Below are positions 61,212 to 64,000 of a stretch of DNA of 64,000 bases, piece after piece. The notes below the pieces were generated by a model. That model was given only the letters and a program-made list of their open reading frames with translations, had not been told where the DNA came from and made no database searches. The stretch's first letter is position 1. The number at the start of each line of letters is the position of its first letter. The position numbers and the translations under genes are program-made. Source of the DNA: Phyllobates terribilis (taxonomy: Eukaryota); contig NW_027362763.1 in assembly GCF_046119375.1 (NCBI RefSeq), positions 149,296,001-149,360,000 on the forward strand, in the 5' to 3' direction.

Positions 61212-62912
61212 ATGGTCATCGTTGGGGAGTTCTGGTACAGCCAGCAGAAAAAGGACACTCTTATTGGAATATGTATAACCAGAGGCATTGACCCCCTCGG
61301 CAAAAACAAAGAACAAATGGTTGCTGCACTGGTGCAACTGGAGGCCGAACAAGACCGTCTCCAGACCTCAGCAGGGCCAGGGGTCAGCCGAGATATGGAC
61401 AGTACTGCTGCAGGGGTCCCACCTGTAGACGCACGCCGCGTCAGCGACCAGGGCAGCGTGGACCCCTATCTGCAGATGGCTTTACAGCAACTTCCTGCAG
61501 AGGATCATGAAGGACAGCTGAAAGTAATTCAGCAGCACCAGGAGGCTGCCGAGCGGCGACCGGAGGCCGAGAGGGCCGAGAGAGCCGAGCGAGCCAAGCG
61601 AGCCAAGCGAGAGGCCCAAGCCCAGAGGGCCCATGGACTGCAGATGGCCCAACTCGGGATTCCAGCATCCACCTCACGGAACGGTGAGACCAACAATGCG
61701 ACCCAGTGGGTGTGATACTTAACTGCAGGGCTGCGAGGCAAAGCTCTGGATGAGTTTGTGGCTCTTCCTCCGAGCCTCGATGGGAACTATGATGCCATTA
61801 AGCAGACCCTAATCCAGAGGTTCCAACTGACTCCTGAGGTGTACCGTAAAAAGTTCCAGAACCTCCAACGCGGACCGCACGACAGTTACAGCGATGTGGT
61901 GCATGGGCTCAGAACCAACTTTGAGCAGTGGATCCAAGGACTGTCAGCGACCACCTTTGAGCAGCTAAAGGATCTGATGGTGAAAGACCAGTTCCTGCAT
62001 CTGTGTCCGACTGAGGTACGGCAGTACGTGATGGATAGGGTGCCACTAGATGCCAATAAAGCAGCGCAGATCGCCGACACCTACGAGGCCAACCGGAGAC
62101 CAGAGGTGCGGAAGCCGGTCATCGCCAGCTGGAAAGGGGGTAAGCCATCAACCACCATTCCTGCCTCTGACAGCCGACCTTCCGGAGGCCTTTTTCCCGT
62201 TACCAATGCCCGGACTGCATCTGATGCCCGCAGGTGTTATTTCTGCAACCAGACTGGTCATCTCAGCGCCACTTGCCCAGAGAAGCAGAGGAAGAACCCC
62301 CCATCCAAGGCCCCAGGGCCTAATGCATCAGTTCTTTTGGTGGGTGTGCCGGTTGGGAGGGTCTGTGAAAACTTGCAGTCTGTCATGGTGGGGGACACTG
62401 TCACTGTAGGCCTCAAGGACACTGGGGTCGAACGAACCCTCATCCGACCCGAACTGGTGTCCGCTGTTGAGCTTATTCCGGGTAAGACCCGGACTGTCAC
62501 CGGGATTGGGGGCATCCGATTCCCCTTGCCCATGGCCCGGGTTTTTATTGATTGGGGTGCGGGGAGTGGGGTGAAGGAAGTGGGAGTATCTGAGAATCTA
62601 CCTGCAAATGTTTTGTTGGGAACTGATTTGGGGAGGATGTTTGCTTAATATGTCCCTGACACTCCTCCTGATACGGTTGGTAAGGTTAATGCTGATACTG
62701 TGAATGTCAATGCTTTACCTGCTGACCATGATGATGATGATGTTGTATTTGAAGGTACAGGAGAACTCAGCCATGTCACGCTGCGGGGTGATATTGCTGA
62801 GGATCCCCTAGCAGGAGCAAATGTCAGTGCTAAAGGTAATGGGGAGAGGCTCGGGGACCATGTAGCAGGTGGTGCAGTGCCAGCGACTAGTGTCACAACA
62901 GATGGTGACCTG
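61212..62912 (+). pseudogene. Gag-Pro single frame with two premature stops (61713, 62646): SAP-like N-terminus, SCAN, CCHC, aspartic protease
   Basis: LTPEVYRKKF..EQW..EQLKDLMVKDQFL..P.EVRQYV..AAQIAD (SCAN); CYFCNQTGHLSATC; LKDTG..LLGTD. Confidence 0.88.
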
Positions 62913-63985
62913 TGTAGCGTCGGCGTCCCTGCCTCCTGCTAGGCAGAGACAACGTTCCCCTCACCTACCTGCTCCGTCCTCGGCGTCCTCTTCCCACGCT
63001 GCTAGCAGCGCTCGCTGCTTCCCGGGCACTGTGCTTAGGGCGCGCTCCCTCTCTCTTAAAGGGGCCGCGCGCGCCGTCCTATGGAGTCCCCGGCCAATTG
63101 CCGGTGGAGCGCCCATACAAAAGGCACCTCCCCCAAAATGGAGGTGCCTGAGCAATGTTGTTGCAAAGCCTTTCACCTCTGCTTCAGCCCTCCGGTCCCG
63201 TTGGCAGTCGGTTTTCCAGCTCTGTCTACCTGCTTGCATTCCCTGTGGTCCGACAGTCTGTCTACCAGCATCTGCCATTCTGTCTATGGACCTGTCCGCC
63301 TGCGGATCAGGAAGCACCTGCCTGATACCTGCCCAATACCTGCCTGATACCTGCCTGAGACCACCTGCCAGCCAGCCGAGAGACTCTTACCCGCTCACCT
63401 GGGAGCGCTCACCTGCTACCCACCAGCTAGCCTACCTGGAGGCTCTGCCGTCACTTGCCGTGACCACCTGCCAGCCAGCCGAGAGACTCTTACCCGCTCA
63501 CCTGGGAGCGCTCACCTGCTACCCGCCAGATAGTCTACCTGGAGGCTCTGCCGTCACTTGCCGTGACCACCTGCCAGCCAGCCGAGAGACTCTTACCCGC
63601 TCACCTGCTACCCGCCAGCTAGCCTACCTGGAGGCTCTGCCATCACTTGCCGTGACCACTTGCCAGCCAGCCGAGAGACTCTTACCCGCTCACCTGGGAG
63701 CGCTCACTTGCTACCCGCCTGCTAGCCTACCTGGAGGCTTTGCCGTCACTTGCCGTGACCACCTGCCTGTCTAGAGACTCTTACCCTGCTGTCACTTGCC
63801 GTGACCACCCTCCTGTCAAGAGACTTTCCCCGTCACTTGCCGTGACCACCTGCCCTTCTACCCAGAGACTGTTCCTGTCACTTGCCGTGTCTACATGCCC
63901 GCCTTCCCTGGGAGCCACCCGCTTCCTTACAAGGACTGCCCCTTTGTATAGTAGCTCTGAGGTTCCACCTCCCAGACCCGTTACA
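62913..63985 (+). mobile_element. Solo LTR of the same family as the 25094-31380 chromovirus
   Basis: TGTAGCGTCGGCG...CCCGTTACA. Perfect 5-bp TSD ACCTG (62908-62912, 63986-63990). Same internal CACCTG/TACCTG repeats. Confidence 0.93.
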
Positions 63986-64000
63986 ACCTGGCTGATGGTA

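Larger units (their letters stand above)
60066..64000 (+). mobile_element. Gmr1-like (SCAN-domain) Ty3/gypsy element, continues past the window
   Basis: LTR 60066-61000 (TGTCA..TGACA), PBS, gag with SCAN domain, knuckle and protease. Confidence 0.85.

Overview
Eukaryotic, non-genic window, most likely from an anuran (frog/toad) genome; this is inferred from the repeat families, not proven. About 85% is a multi-layer nest of transposable elements, most with boundaries recoverable from terminal repeats and target-site duplications (TSDs). Left part: two hAT copies, one inserted in the other; a very young 1.74-kb mini-LTR element encoding only an integrase C-terminus plus chromodomain; a Tc2-like MITE; and a foldback MITE holding a solo LTR and a Tc1. 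Centre: a near full-length L1 (about 5.7 kb) stretched over 33.5 kb by two hAT insertions. One is a 17.9-kb hAT carrying rearranged cargo and a self-priming Tf1/sushi-type chromovirus; the other is a 9.9-kb non-autonomous hAT carrying a tRNA-Ser-primed Ty3/gypsy element. Right part: a Kolobok/T2-MITE > hAT-MITE > gypsy-remnant nest, and a SCAN-domain (Gmr1-like) gypsy element hit by a solo LTR. No host protein-coding gene, rRNA, tRNA gene or CRISPR array is supported; a few well-formed splice sites at 52-54 kb hint at an unidentified transcript. All percent identities are by-eye estimates.
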